NCBI GenBank assembly: GCA_964404275.1
Contig: CAYOJH010000005.1
Coordinates: 4,471 to 68,470, forward strand
DNA length: 64,000 nt
Source of the DNA: an uncultured Gammaproteobacteria bacterium
GTDB taxonomy: Bacteria > Patescibacteriota > Patescibacteriia > SG8-24 > DYFX01
Direction of reading: 5' to 3'
This document shows, piece after piece, positions 1 to 8,780 of the stretch. The notes under the pieces were generated by a model. The model ran no database searches, was not told the DNA's origin, and saw only the letters and a program-made list of their open reading frames with translations. Position 1 is the first letter of the stretch, and the number at the start of each line of letters is the position of its first letter. Made by a program: the position numbers and the translations under genes.

Positions 1-162
1 GGCGTTCACGAATTCGATCGAGCCCGTGCCGGAACCCGTCATCGTCTGCACGGCCTTGCCGGCGCCGAGGCGGTAGCCCCAGAGGAAGGAGGCGACGACG
101 AAGACGCCGGCCAGGTACAGGCCGACCGCTTTTCGCGTTTTGAGATTTTCAGGAATGTTCAT
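1..162 (-). CDS. N-terminal part of a membrane-anchored protein, runs off the window (possibly S41 C-terminal protease)
   Basis: ATG overlaps murA stop (ATGA); MNIPENLKTRKAVGLYLAGVFVVASFLWGYRLG is a TM anchor; frame open to base 1; product is a guess. Confidence 0.55.
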   Translation of the reverse strand, partial: MNIPENLKTRKAVGLYLAGVFVVASFLWGYRLGAGKAVQTMTGSGTGSIEFVNA

Positions 163-1424
163 GCGTGATCTTCTTCGCGGATGATTTCGGCGCCGACTTC
201 GGCGAAGCGCGCTTCGATGCGCTCGTAGCCGCGGTCGATGATTTCGGCTTCATGCAGGATTGTCTCGCCCTCGGCCAGGATCCCGGCCAGGAGCAAGGTC
301 GCGCCGGCCCGGAGGTCCAGGCTCTTGATCTCGCGCCCATACAAGGGAACGGGGCCGGTGATCAGGACGCGGTGGGGGTCACAGACGACGGCGTTCGCTC
401 CCATCTTAACCAATTCATTGACGAATCCGAAACGCCCTTCGTACATGGGCTCATGGATAAGGCTGGTTCCGACGCATTGGGTGGCCAGAACGCCGAACGG
501 GGCCATCAAATCGGTCGGCAGGCCCGGATACGGCATCGATTGGAACTTGAAGGCCTGGAGCGTGTCGGGCGCCGTCACGCGGACCCAGTCGGCTCCCGTT
601 TCGACCGAGGCGCCGATCGCGCGCAAGCGCTGGGTGACGATATCGAGATGATCGGGGCGCACGTTTTCAATCGTGAGATCGCCGCGCGTGAAGGCCGCGG
701 CCACCATGAAGGTGCCGGCTTCGATTTGGTCGGGGATGATTTCATGATCGGCGCCGTGAAGTTGCTCGACGCCGTCGATCACGACGACGTGCGTGCCATG
801 GCCGGAAATGCGCGCGCCCATCGTGTTCAGGAAGTCGCCGAGATCCTGCACATGCGGCTCGGCGGCGGCGAGCTTGATGACGGTGCGCCCCTTGGCGGTC
901 GCGGCAGCCATCATCAGGTTCTCGGTGGCGGTCACGGAAAATTCCGGCAGCACGACTTCGCGGCCCTCAAGAGACGGCGCGCGCAGCAGATAGCCGTCCT
1001 TGCCGCGTTCGCAGGAGGCCCCGATCGACTGAAGGGCCACGAGATGCGTGTCGAGCGGGCGATTGCCGATGATGCAGCCGCCCGGTTCCGGCAATTCGAC
1101 TTCGCGGAAGCGCGCCAGCATCGGGCCCAAAAACAAAACCGACGAACGCATGCTGCGCATCGCCTTGCGGTCCAGTTTGGCCGGATCGGCGTTGCGCGGA
1201 TCGATCGTCACGTCGTGCTCCCCCGTCCATTCGGCCGAGACGCCCAGGCTCCGAAGAATCTCGAGCATGCGCTCGACGTCGCGGATGCGCGGGACGTTCT
1301 TGAGGTGGCACGGCCCGTCCGCGAGCAATGCGGCCGCCAGGATCGGCGTGGCGGCGTTCTTCATACCCGCCGTCCGGAGCCGACCGCGGAGTTTTTTTCC
1401 GCCTTGAATTCGGAATCGGCTCAT
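159..1424 (-). CDS. murA: UDP-N-acetylglucosamine 1-carboxyvinyltransferase
   Basis: GMKNA, MRSS, PGGCIIGNRP (active-site Cys), SVTATEN, EPHV, PYPGLPTD, DLRAG, RGYE; start set at MSRFRIQGG. Confidence 0.97.
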   Translation of the reverse strand: MSRFRIQGGKKLRGRLRTAGMKNAATPILAAALLADGPCHLKNVPRIRDVERMLEILRSLGVSAEWTGEHDVTIDPRNADPAKLDRKAMRSMRSSVLFLGPMLARFREVELPEPGGCIIGNRPLDTHLVALQSIGASCERGKDGYLLRAPSLEGREVVLPEFSVTATENLMMAAATAKGRTVIKLAAAEPHVQDLGDFLNTMGARISGHGTHVVVIDGVEQLHGADHEIIPDQIEAGTFMVAAAFTRGDLTIENVRPDHLDIVTQRLRAIGASVETGADWVRVTAPDTLQAFKFQSMPYPGLPTDLMAPFGVLATQCVGTSLIHEPMYEGRFGFVNELVKMGANAVVCDPHRVLITGPVPLYGREIKSLDLRAGATLLLAGILAEGETILHEAEIIDRGYERIEARFAEVGAEIIREEDHA

Positions 1425-1458
1425 AGTACGATTTGGTCGGAGACAGCATACTCCCGCT

Positions 1459-2796
1459 ATGGATCCGCGCGCAAGACGGCTGCTCAGCTGGACATTCATC
1501 ATCGCCTTCTTCGTGCTCGCCCCGGTCATCATCCTTTCGACGGCCGGGTATCGTTATAATTTCGCGACCAATCGGCTCGAGCGCACCGGCGTGATCGTCA
1601 TCGAAACCCGACCGACCGGCGCGAGCGTCAGCCTGAACGGCCAGCCGCAGCGAGCGGAGACGCCGGCCCGCCTGCAGCACGTCACGCCCGGAAACTACGC
1701 GGTGCGCGTCGAGAAGGCGGACTATCATCCGTGGACCAAAAACGTGACCGTCGGCAGCCGCGAATCCGTCTTCCTGAACCAGATTTCGCTGTTCTCCGAA
1801 GCGGCGCCGATCCTGCTTAAAGCCTCGGCGCCAGCCTCGGTCAGCGCCTTCTCCCCCGACACGCGCTATGCCGCCGCGGTCGCTTCCGCCTCTTCCGGTT
1901 CCGAACTGGCCATCATCGACACCAAAAACGGCACGGCGCGCCTGCCCTATCGCTCCAGCGCTCCCGCAGCCTCGTTCCGCCTGAGCTGGTCGCGCGACGG
2001 GCGCATGCTGCTGATCGCCCGCGCCGGCAAAACGCCGGCCTTCCTTCTCTGGGACGCCTCGGATCCGGACCGCGTCCGCGATCTTTCGAGCGGCGCGTCC
2101 TTGGCGTTCTCCGACGCGTTCTGGGCGCAGGATGCCGTGCGACTCTACGGCGTTTCGAAGGGGGCGCTCTATGAAATCGAAACGGATATCCTGGCCGTCA
2201 CGCCTCTCGGTCCCGCGATCTCGGAACCGATCGTGGCGGGCGACGCGCTCTACGGGATCGTTCCCGGCGCGCCTCCGGCTCTGGCGCGGCGCAAGCTGCA
2301 GGGCGGCGACTTCGACACGATCGCCGAGCTGCCCTCCGCGAATTTTTCGCCGCTCCCTGGCGACGGCCGCCATATCGCCTACGCCTCCCCCGCAGACGGC
2401 CAACTCTTCGCCATCGATTCTTCCGGCGATCATCCCGCGGCTTTCGAAGGCGACGGCAAGGACGGCGCCTGGTCATCCGACGGCACGCGGCTTCTCTATT
2501 GGAACGATTTCGAAGTGCGCGTGTACGACGCGCGCAGCGGCGCCGACGCGCTGATCGACCGCCTGAGCGGGCCGATCACCCAGGCCGCTTGGCATCAGCC
2601 GGAATGGAACGCGCTCTACGCCGACGCGAACGCCCTCTTCGCCATCGAAGCGAACGACAACTATGGCCGCGTAACGGTGCCGCTCGCTTCCTTCTCCGGC
2701 TTGGAACGCTTCGCCGTCAGCCCGAATGGCGACGAGGCCTACGTTTTCGGAACAAAAAACGGCGCAAGCGGCCTCTGGAAGCTGCGCTTGCGCTGA
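1459..2796 (+). CDS. PEGA-domain membrane-anchored protein with C-terminal beta-propeller-like region
   Basis: N-terminal TM, TGVIVIETRPTGASVSLNG...PGNYAVRVEKADYHPWTK PEGA motif, repeated WSxDG motifs. Confidence 0.8.
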   Translation: MDPRARRLLSWTFIIAFFVLAPVIILSTAGYRYNFATNRLERTGVIVIETRPTGASVSLNGQPQRAETPARLQHVTPGNYAVRVEKADYHPWTKNVTVGSRESVFLNQISLFSEAAPILLKASAPASVSAFSPDTRYAAAVASASSGSELAIIDTKNGTARLPYRSSAPAASFRLSWSRDGRMLLIARAGKTPAFLLWDASDPDRVRDLSSGASLAFSDAFWAQDAVRLYGVSKGALYEIETDILAVTPLGPAISEPIVAGDALYGIVPGAPPALARRKLQGGDFDTIAELPSANFSPLPGDGRHIAYASPADGQLFAIDSSGDHPAAFEGDGKDGAWSSDGTRLLYWNDFEVRVYDARSGADALIDRLSGPITQAAWHQPEWNALYADANALFAIEANDNYGRVTVPLASFSGLERFAVSPNGDEAYVFGTKNGASGLWKLRLR

Positions 2797-2801
2797 ACAT
2801 A

Positions 2802-2825
2802 AAAAATCCGCTCAGGCGGATTTTT
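2802..2825. terminator. Hairpin between convergent genes (overlaps HAD stop)
   Basis: AAAAATCCGC-TCAG-GCGGATTTTT. Confidence 0.6.
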
Positions 2826-3522
2826 CCAATTCGGCGAGAAATTCCGGAAGACGATTGACGTTTTCGAGGCGATGATATTTCGTCGCGTCGACCTCCGCTT
2901 TGGCGTAGGCCCAGGTCTCGCTGGGCACGTGCACGGCGGTCATGCCGAGCTCGACGGCAGGCAGGATGTCGGACCTCAGCGAGTCGCCGACCATCGCGAC
3001 GTTCGACGGATCCTCGCCGATCAAGGAAGCCAGGTAGGGCTTCTTGTCGAGGAGCGTAACGTGGACGTCATGGAAGAGCGTGCCGAGGCCGGATTCGTTG
3101 ATCTTGCGCCATTGCAAACCCGGGGATCCGGCCGTCACCAGGCACACGCGCCGACGGTCCGACAGCCGACGGATCATCTTCGGCACGCCGCGCAACGGCG
3201 TGAAAGGCCCGCGGGCGTATCGCGCGCCGGTCGAAAGCAGCCTGCGGACGACCTTGGAATTGACGCGCCGCTTGGCGCGCTCGCACAAGCGCTCGTAGGT
3301 CAAGACCCAGCTCTGCGGCACGCGATCGGCCGTGAGGCCTTTCTCACCGACCATGCCGAGATCGATCTCGGTACGAAGCTCGAGCAGCTTGATCGGCTGG
3401 ATCCCATGGCGGCCGAGCGCTTCCGCGACGATGGCGGCGCACTTCAGGTTGGGCACGAAGTACTTGTGCGTGTTGGGCAAGAGCGTGTCGTCGAGGTCCA
3501 GGCAGACCGTATGGATTTTCAC
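2812..3522 (-). CDS. HAD-family hydrolase (YjjG/YfnB-like)
   Basis: DLDDTL motif I, MVGDSLRSDI motif; GTG start with AAGGAG SD. Confidence 0.88.
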   Translation of the reverse strand: MKIHTVCLDLDDTLLPNTHKYFVPNLKCAAIVAEALGRHGIQPIKLLELRTEIDLGMVGEKGLTADRVPQSWVLTYERLCERAKRRVNSKVVRRLLSTGARYARGPFTPLRGVPKMIRRLSDRRRVCLVTAGSPGLQWRKINESGLGTLFHDVHVTLLDKKPYLASLIGEDPSNVAMVGDSLRSDILPAVELGMTAVHVPSETWAYAKAEVDATKYHRLENVNRLPEFLAELEKSA

Positions 3523-3546
3523 GTTCAGACTCCTTCTCGAAAAGAG

Positions 3547-4620
3547 CTAGATTTCGACGGTCGCGTTGTCGCCGACGATCAGCTTGTGACCGAGCGGCAG
3601 CGTGGCGTGCGCAGAGGTGACCGTCGCGTTCGCGCCGATCAGGCTGTCGACGATGCGCTTCGAGCAGTTGATGTCGACGTCGTCGAAGACGATGGAATGC
3701 TCGATTTCGGTGTTGTAGATTTCGACGCCGTTGCCGATCGAGGTGTAGGGGCCGATGTAGGAATTCTCGATCCGGCAGTTCTCGCCGATCGCGACCGGTC
3801 CGCGGATCAGCACTTTCGGACCGATTGCCGCGCCCTTGCCGATCGAAACCTTGCCCTGAATGACGGCGGTCGGATCCACCTCGGCGCCGGCGCGGCCTTC
3901 GTCCGCCATTTCGTTCAAGAGCAACTGGTTGCCTTCGAGCAGATCTTCCGGTTTGCCGGTGTCCTTCCACCAACCGGTGATCTCTTCGTACCCGACGGCT
4001 TTGCCGTTTTCGATCAGCCAGGTGTGGATGTCGGAAATTTCATATTCGCCGCGCTCCGACGGCTTGATGTGCGCGAAGGCCTCGAAGAAATTCTTGTCAT
4101 AGACGTAGATGCCCGTGACCGCGTAATCGCTTTTCGGTTCGGACGGTTTTTCGTCGACGCGCATGATGCGTCCGTTCTCGATTTGCGGAACGCCGAAACG
4201 CTGCGGGTCTTTCACCTTCGAAAGCGCGAGGACGCAGTTCAATTTTTCTTTTTCGAATTTTTCGACGAAGCGTTGGAGGCTGCCGAGGATGATGTTGTCG
4301 CCGAGATAAAAGATGAACGGCTCGACGCCCAGAAAATCTTTGGCGTTGTTGACGACATGCGCGATGCCGAGCGGTCCGCCCTGCTGTTCGATATACGTGA
4401 TGCGCACGCCCCAGCGCGAACCGTCGCCGACGGCCTTCTGCAGTTCCGTTTCGCCCGGGTTCATGCTGATGCCGATCTCTTTCACGCCGACCGCGGCCAA
4501 TTTCTCGATCGCGTAAAAGATCATCGGCTTATTCGCCAACGGGATCAGGTGCTTGTTGATCGTATAGGTGATGGGCCGAAGGCGCGTCGCCCGTCCGCCC
4601 GCCGTGATCAAGGCCTTCAT
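3547..4620 (-). CDS. rfbA: Glucose-1-phosphate thymidylyltransferase (long form)
   Basis: AGGRATRLRPIT, NKHLIP, YLGDN, EKP, RGEYEI, WKDTG, C-terminal left-handed beta-helix. Confidence 0.92.
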   Translation of the reverse strand: MKALITAGGRATRLRPITYTINKHLIPLANKPMIFYAIEKLAAVGVKEIGISMNPGETELQKAVGDGSRWGVRITYIEQQGGPLGIAHVVNNAKDFLGVEPFIFYLGDNIILGSLQRFVEKFEKEKLNCVLALSKVKDPQRFGVPQIENGRIMRVDEKPSEPKSDYAVTGIYVYDKNFFEAFAHIKPSERGEYEISDIHTWLIENGKAVGYEEITGWWKDTGKPEDLLEGNQLLLNEMADEGRAGAEVDPTAVIQGKVSIGKGAAIGPKVLIRGPVAIGENCRIENSYIGPYTSIGNGVEIYNTEIEHSIVFDDVDINCSKRIVDSLIGANATVTSAHATLPLGHKLIVGDNATVEI

Positions 4621-4679
4621 AGTCACTACTCAGGCTAGCAAAAAACCCCTTGAAGATCAAGGGGTTCGGGCGGCGGACG

Positions 4680-5093
4680 TCAGTAACAGCCGCACGGCTT
4701 TTCGAGGGCGGATTCGCCAACGACGTAGAGGGTCGAGGCGATCGAGAGGAGTACCGCGCTCGGACTGAGGCGGGCTCGATGCCAGACGCCGTTCGGGATC
4801 AGTACTCCGACGCCCGGCGACTCCAGCCTGAGACGACCGCAGGCTTCGGCGGCGTGCAGATCGAACTCGATCTCGCCGGAGATCGCCACGATCAGCTCGC
4901 GCTTGCCGCCGACGGGGTGCACGTGCCCGCCCCGTTCGACCCAGTCGGACGTCGTATTGGAGATCCAATAGATCCGCGGCGCGGCCTCGTTCGGAAAGAA
5001 TTCCGGAGCGATGATCCCAAGCTCCGCGATGACCATCAGGCCGGGCTTGGAGCGACTGAACGGCAGGTCAACCCGTTTCCACGGGTAACTCAC
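4680..5093 (-). CDS. FdtA/QdtA/WxcM-like cupin (dTDP-sugar 3,4-ketoisomerase)
   Basis: RIYWI, RGGHVH, ELIVAISG, GVLIPNGVWH, AVLLSIAS; GTG start with GGAGGAG SD. Confidence 0.8.
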   Translation of the reverse strand: MSYPWKRVDLPFSRSKPGLMVIAELGIIAPEFFPNEAAPRIYWISNTTSDWVERGGHVHPVGGKRELIVAISGEIEFDLHAAEACGRLRLESPGVGVLIPNGVWHRARLSPSAVLLSIASTLYVVGESALEKPCGCY

Positions 5094-5272
5094 GCGCTCC
5101 TCCGATCGGCATCGGCCTGCCCGTCTTTTCTCAGCGCCGTGTCTGCCCAGAGCACCAGGCCGAAGACCGCGGCGATCACGGCGAAATTCGCCAAGGTGAC
5201 CCAGGGGCCGACGAGCTCGCACATGAGCATGAACGCGACGATCTGGAACGCGAGACAGGACCGAATGGTCAT
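5090..5272 (-). CDS. Small two-TM membrane protein
   Basis: 60 aa, two hydrophobic segments; stop overlaps cupin start; promoter upstream. Confidence 0.5.
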   Translation of the reverse strand: MTIRSCLAFQIVAFMLMCELVGPWVTLANFAVIAAVFGLVLWADTALRKDGQADADRRSA

Positions 5273-5321
5273 AAAAATGGGCTCGCTTTCTTCTCCGCCG
5301 CCAGGCGGAGGGACGCCCAGG

Positions 5322-5350
5322 ACCCTAACAAAAAAGCCCGTTCCCGTCAA
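5322..5350 (-). promoter_or_regulatory. Sigma70-type promoter embedded in the upstream terminator hairpin
   Basis: TTGACG-N17-TAGGGT with TG extension, overlapping GCCCG...CGGGCTTTTTT. Confidence 0.5.
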
Positions 5351-5359
5351 GGGGTCGGG

Positions 5360-6010
5360 CTAGCGCTTGGCGACGAACGCGTAGCGCTCGCCGAGGCGCT
5401 GAACGAAGTCCGCGTGGCGCTGGTGATCGTAGGTTTCGGCGTGGATGCCGAGCGCTCGGGCCGCTTCGGCGAACTCCTCGTGATCGTCGACGAAGAGCGT
5501 CCGGCGCGGATCCGTTTCCGCCAGCTCCAGCGCGCGGACGAAGAAGCGCGGGTCCGGCTTCGCGCAGCCGACTTGATACGACAAGCAGTGCGCGTTGAAG
5601 CCCCCGAGCACGCCCAGGCGGAGCAGCTCCTGATGCCGCAGCTCGTCGATATTCGAAGCCGTCACCAGCCGCACGCCCTTGAGGCTCAGCGCTTCCCAAA
5701 GCTTGAGGATCGGCTGATGGGGCGTGAAGACGTTCGTCATGGCGCGGTGGAAGGCGGCGTCGGTGCAGGTGAGCTGCAGCAGCCCCTTCGCGAAGCGGGT
5801 GAACTGCGCCGTCGTGCGCTCTCCGCGCATGTAGGCGTCCCATTGATCGCGATGATGCACGAACAGCATGTCGTGCAGGCCCTTCTCGTTGTAATACGAA
5901 GAGTGCTGCAGGAGCGCGGCGCTGGTCCGGCGGTTGTCGAACAGGACGGCGACCTTTCCGAGGTCGGAAAGGACCGCTTCGATCTCGTATTTCGTTCCCG
6001 ATGCGTGCAA
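5360..6010 (-). CDS. HAD-family phosphatase (YihX-like)
   Basis: SDLGKV motif I variant, SN, VGCAKPD, LFVDD; TTG start with GAGGAG SD. Confidence 0.82.
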   Translation of the reverse strand: MHASGTKYEIEAVLSDLGKVAVLFDNRRTSAALLQHSSYYNEKGLHDMLFVHHRDQWDAYMRGERTTAQFTRFAKGLLQLTCTDAAFHRAMTNVFTPHQPILKLWEALSLKGVRLVTASNIDELRHQELLRLGVLGGFNAHCLSYQVGCAKPDPRFFVRALELAETDPRRTLFVDDHEEFAEAARALGIHAETYDHQRHADFVQRLGERYAFVAKR

Positions 6011-6031
6011 GGTGCGTCTCCTCTGGAAGGG

Positions 6032-6952
6032 TTATCCGACCAAAGCCAATTTTTCGCGCGTTTCTTCCTCCGTCTTGCGGAGCGTCGCGTCGGCTTCGCC
6101 GGAAGAAAGATTTTGCTTGAGCGCGGCCAAAATGTCAACCAGCCGTTCTTCGATCGGCCGCATCGTGATGCCTTCGCGCTCGAGCTTGGCGATCGAAAGG
6201 ACGCAGTCGATGCGCTGCGCGAGCGTCATGCGGTTCAGCTCTTCTTTGGAAATCTTGGAGAAGGACATTTCCGGCTTGAGATGCGCCTTCAGCAATTCGG
6301 CGATGCGGTACGGCGTGGTCACGCCCGGATTCGCGACGTTATACAAGCCCGTCGCGTCCTTGGCGACGAGCGCCAAGGTCACGTCCATCAAATCCTCGAC
6401 GATCGTGCAGGAGTTCGCGGTGTCGATGAATTTCGCGTAGGTCAACATCTTCACGAGCGCGTTGCGCGGGCTGACCATGCCGGACAAGAGCTGGCGCGGA
6501 CGGAGCATCAGGACCTTAAGGCGTCCCCGATGGGCGCGCTCCGACAGCAGATTCTCGGCCCAGACTTTCGTCCACGAGTAATAGCAGAGCGGATGCGGCG
6601 CGTCTTCTTCCGTATGGACGACCTCGGCCGTCTTGCTTTCCTGCACGCAGCCGCTCGAAATATGCAAAAGGTAGACGCCGCGCTCTTCGGCGACTTTGGC
6701 GATCACGTCGGAGCCCAGCGTGTTGATCTGGAAGGCTTCCGTTTTGTTCATCTCGCACCAGTCGATGTTCGTCTTGGCCGCGGCGTTGATGATCAGGTCC
6801 GGCTGGGCGGCGGAGACCGCGCCGGAAACAAACGCTTCGTCGCGAATGTCGCCCTTCGGCGATTCGACGGCGCAGCCTTTCGACGTGAAGAAATCCCGGT
6901 AGAAGGTGCCGAGCTGCCCGCGGCCGAAGATCAAAACTTTGGAAGGCATCAT
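6032..6952 (-). CDS. RmlD-family NDP-sugar reductase, NRS/ER-like 3,5-epimerase/4-reductase
   Basis: GRGQLG, NIDWCE, SSGC, YSWTK, PRNALVK, NSCT, GLYNVANPG. Confidence 0.85.
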   Translation of the reverse strand: MMPSKVLIFGRGQLGTFYRDFFTSKGCAVESPKGDIRDEAFVSGAVSAAQPDLIINAAAKTNIDWCEMNKTEAFQINTLGSDVIAKVAEERGVYLLHISSGCVQESKTAEVVHTEEDAPHPLCYYSWTKVWAENLLSERAHRGRLKVLMLRPRQLLSGMVSPRNALVKMLTYAKFIDTANSCTIVEDLMDVTLALVAKDATGLYNVANPGVTTPYRIAELLKAHLKPEMSFSKISKEELNRMTLAQRIDCVLSIAKLEREGITMRPIEERLVDILAALKQNLSSGEADATLRKTEEETREKLALVG

Positions 6953-7974
6953 ACGGTTTCTTTCAAGGTTTCCTTATAATACGCGTCGTAGTATTTCTGA
7001 TACTCTCCGCTCTTCACGCGCGTCCACCATTCGGGATGGTCGCGATACCAGAGGATCGTGGCCCGGATGCCGTGGTCAAAGAGGATCTTCGGTTCCCAGC
7101 CGAGCTCGTTCCGCATCTTGGAGGAATCGATGAAATAGCGGCGATCGTGCCCCGGGCGATCCGGCACGTAGCTCTTGAGCGATTCCGGCTTGCCGAGCGT
7201 CGTCAAAATGAGATCCGTGATTTCCTCGATCGATTTCTCGACGCCGGTGCCGATGTTGTAGACCTCGCCGATCTTGCCGTTACGCAAAATCAGATCGACG
7301 GCGGAGCTGTGATCGTCCGCGTGAATCCACTCGCGCGTGTTTTTGCTGCTCTTGAAGAGCGGCAGCGGCTTGTCTTCCATCGCGTTGGTCGCGAACAGCG
7401 GGATCAACTTTTCCGGAAACTGATGCGGGCCGTAGTTGTTGCAGCAGCGGCTAATCGTGACCTTCATGCCAAACGAATGCGCATAGGACATCACGACATG
7501 ATCGGAGCTGGCCTTCGAAGCGGCGTAGGCCGAGCGCGGATGCAGCATGTCGGTTTCCTTGAAAGCGCGATCTTCATCGAGCGCGAGATCGCCGTAGACT
7601 TCGTCGGTCGAGACGTGGTGGAAACGCGTCACGCCGGCTTGGCGGCAGGCTTCAAGCAGCACTTGCGTGCCGAGGACGTTGTTGCGGAAAAAGGCGTGCG
7701 GATCGAGCACGGAGCGATCGACGTGCGATTCGGCGGCGAAGTGCACGACGGCATGAACGCCCTCAAGCGCCCGAGTAACATCGGCCGCGACGCAGATGTC
7801 GCCTTTGACGAACCGATACCGCGGGTTCGCTTCCACGTCCTTCAAATTTTCAAGATTCCCGGCATACGTCAACGCGTCGAAATTGACCACCTCGTCTTCC
7901 GGGCGGTTTTCGAGCACGTAACGGATGTAGGCGGAGCCGATGAAACCGGCGCCGCCAGTCACGAGAATCCTCAT
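6949..7974 (-). CDS. rfbB: dTDP-glucose 4,6-dehydratase
   Basis: GGAGFIG, LTYAGNLENL, FAAESHVDRS, STDEVYG, YAASK, FPEKLIP, DRPGHDRRY. Confidence 0.97.
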   Translation of the reverse strand: MRILVTGGAGFIGSAYIRYVLENRPEDEVVNFDALTYAGNLENLKDVEANPRYRFVKGDICVAADVTRALEGVHAVVHFAAESHVDRSVLDPHAFFRNNVLGTQVLLEACRQAGVTRFHHVSTDEVYGDLALDEDRAFKETDMLHPRSAYAASKASSDHVVMSYAHSFGMKVTISRCCNNYGPHQFPEKLIPLFATNAMEDKPLPLFKSSKNTREWIHADDHSSAVDLILRNGKIGEVYNIGTGVEKSIEEITDLILTTLGKPESLKSYVPDRPGHDRRYFIDSSKMRNELGWEPKILFDHGIRATILWYRDHPEWWTRVKSGEYQKYYDAYYKETLKETV

Positions 7975-7983
7975 AGATTCAGG

Positions 7984-8394
7984 CTAGGCTAGCACTGCGC
8001 GGAGCTTTTGTCCAACCTCCTCCATCTCCCCTTCCGCGTACGGCCGGCCGTGCCAATGCTCGTGGCCGTCGCCTTCGAAACGCGGGATGACGTGGAGGTG
8101 CAGGTGATCGACGAGCTGTCCGGCCGCGCGGCCATTGTTCACGCCGATGTTGAAGGCCGGGGCTCCGAGCGCAGACATCAGGGCCTTGCCCATTTTTTGT
8201 CCGACCTGCGCGATCGCGGAGAGCGTCGCCTCGTCAGCCGAGGCGTAATCGGCGAAGTGCGCCTTCGGCACGACCAAGAGATGGCCTGGGTTGATCGGCT
8301 TGATGTCGACGAAGGCGAGCGTCGCGTCGTCTTCATAGACGACGGTTGCCGGAATTTCCTTGCGGACGATTTTGCAGAAGAGGCAGTCAGTCAT
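7984..8394 (-). CDS. HIT family hydrolase
   Basis: DCLFCKI, PGHLLVVPK, HLHLHVIPR triad; alternative start at 8400. Confidence 0.95.
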   Translation of the reverse strand: MTDCLFCKIVRKEIPATVVYEDDATLAFVDIKPINPGHLLVVPKAHFADYASADEATLSAIAQVGQKMGKALMSALGAPAFNIGVNNGRAAGQLVDHLHLHVIPRFEGDGHEHWHGRPYAEGEMEEVGQKLRAVLA

Positions 8395-8396
8395 AA

Positions 8397-8780
8397 TCAT
8401 TCATGAGGCGAGAAGACGGGCCAGGCGATCAGCATCGCGAGCAGGATACCCCCGGAAGCGGCGGCGCGCCAGAAGAACTTCACGTCAGCCGGGATCAGGA
8501 ACCAGGCGGCGACCCCGAGGCTCAGGCAACCGAGATACAGGAGCGAACGCGCGGCGCGCGGAGAGCGGTGCGAGGCGTCATCGGGCGACAAGCGCGACTG
8601 CGTGGCCATGGCGGCGACCGAGGCCGCCAGTACGAACACGAGCAGCCAGAGCAGATTGAAGAAGCGCGAAACGAAGCCGGCCGAAGCGGCTTCCAGGCCG
8701 AGGCAGAGCACGAACAGGACCGTGCCGGCGGCCCAGGCGTCGATCGCCATCTGATGGAGAACGGATCGCGGCGTCTTCAT
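8397..8780 (-). CDS. Hypothetical four-TM membrane protein
   Basis: Hydrophobic ORF translationally coupled to both neighbours. Confidence 0.7.
   Translation of the reverse strand: MKTPRSVLHQMAIDAWAAGTVLFVLCLGLEAASAGFVSRFFNLLWLLVFVLAASVAAMATQSRLSPDDASHRSPRAARSLLYLGCLSLGVAAWFLIPADVKFFWRAAASGGILLAMLIAWPVFSPHE

Noticed and set aside
1425-1532. Extended murA start from the ORF track
   Set aside because: Overlaps the divergent PEGA gene; MurA homology begins at 1424
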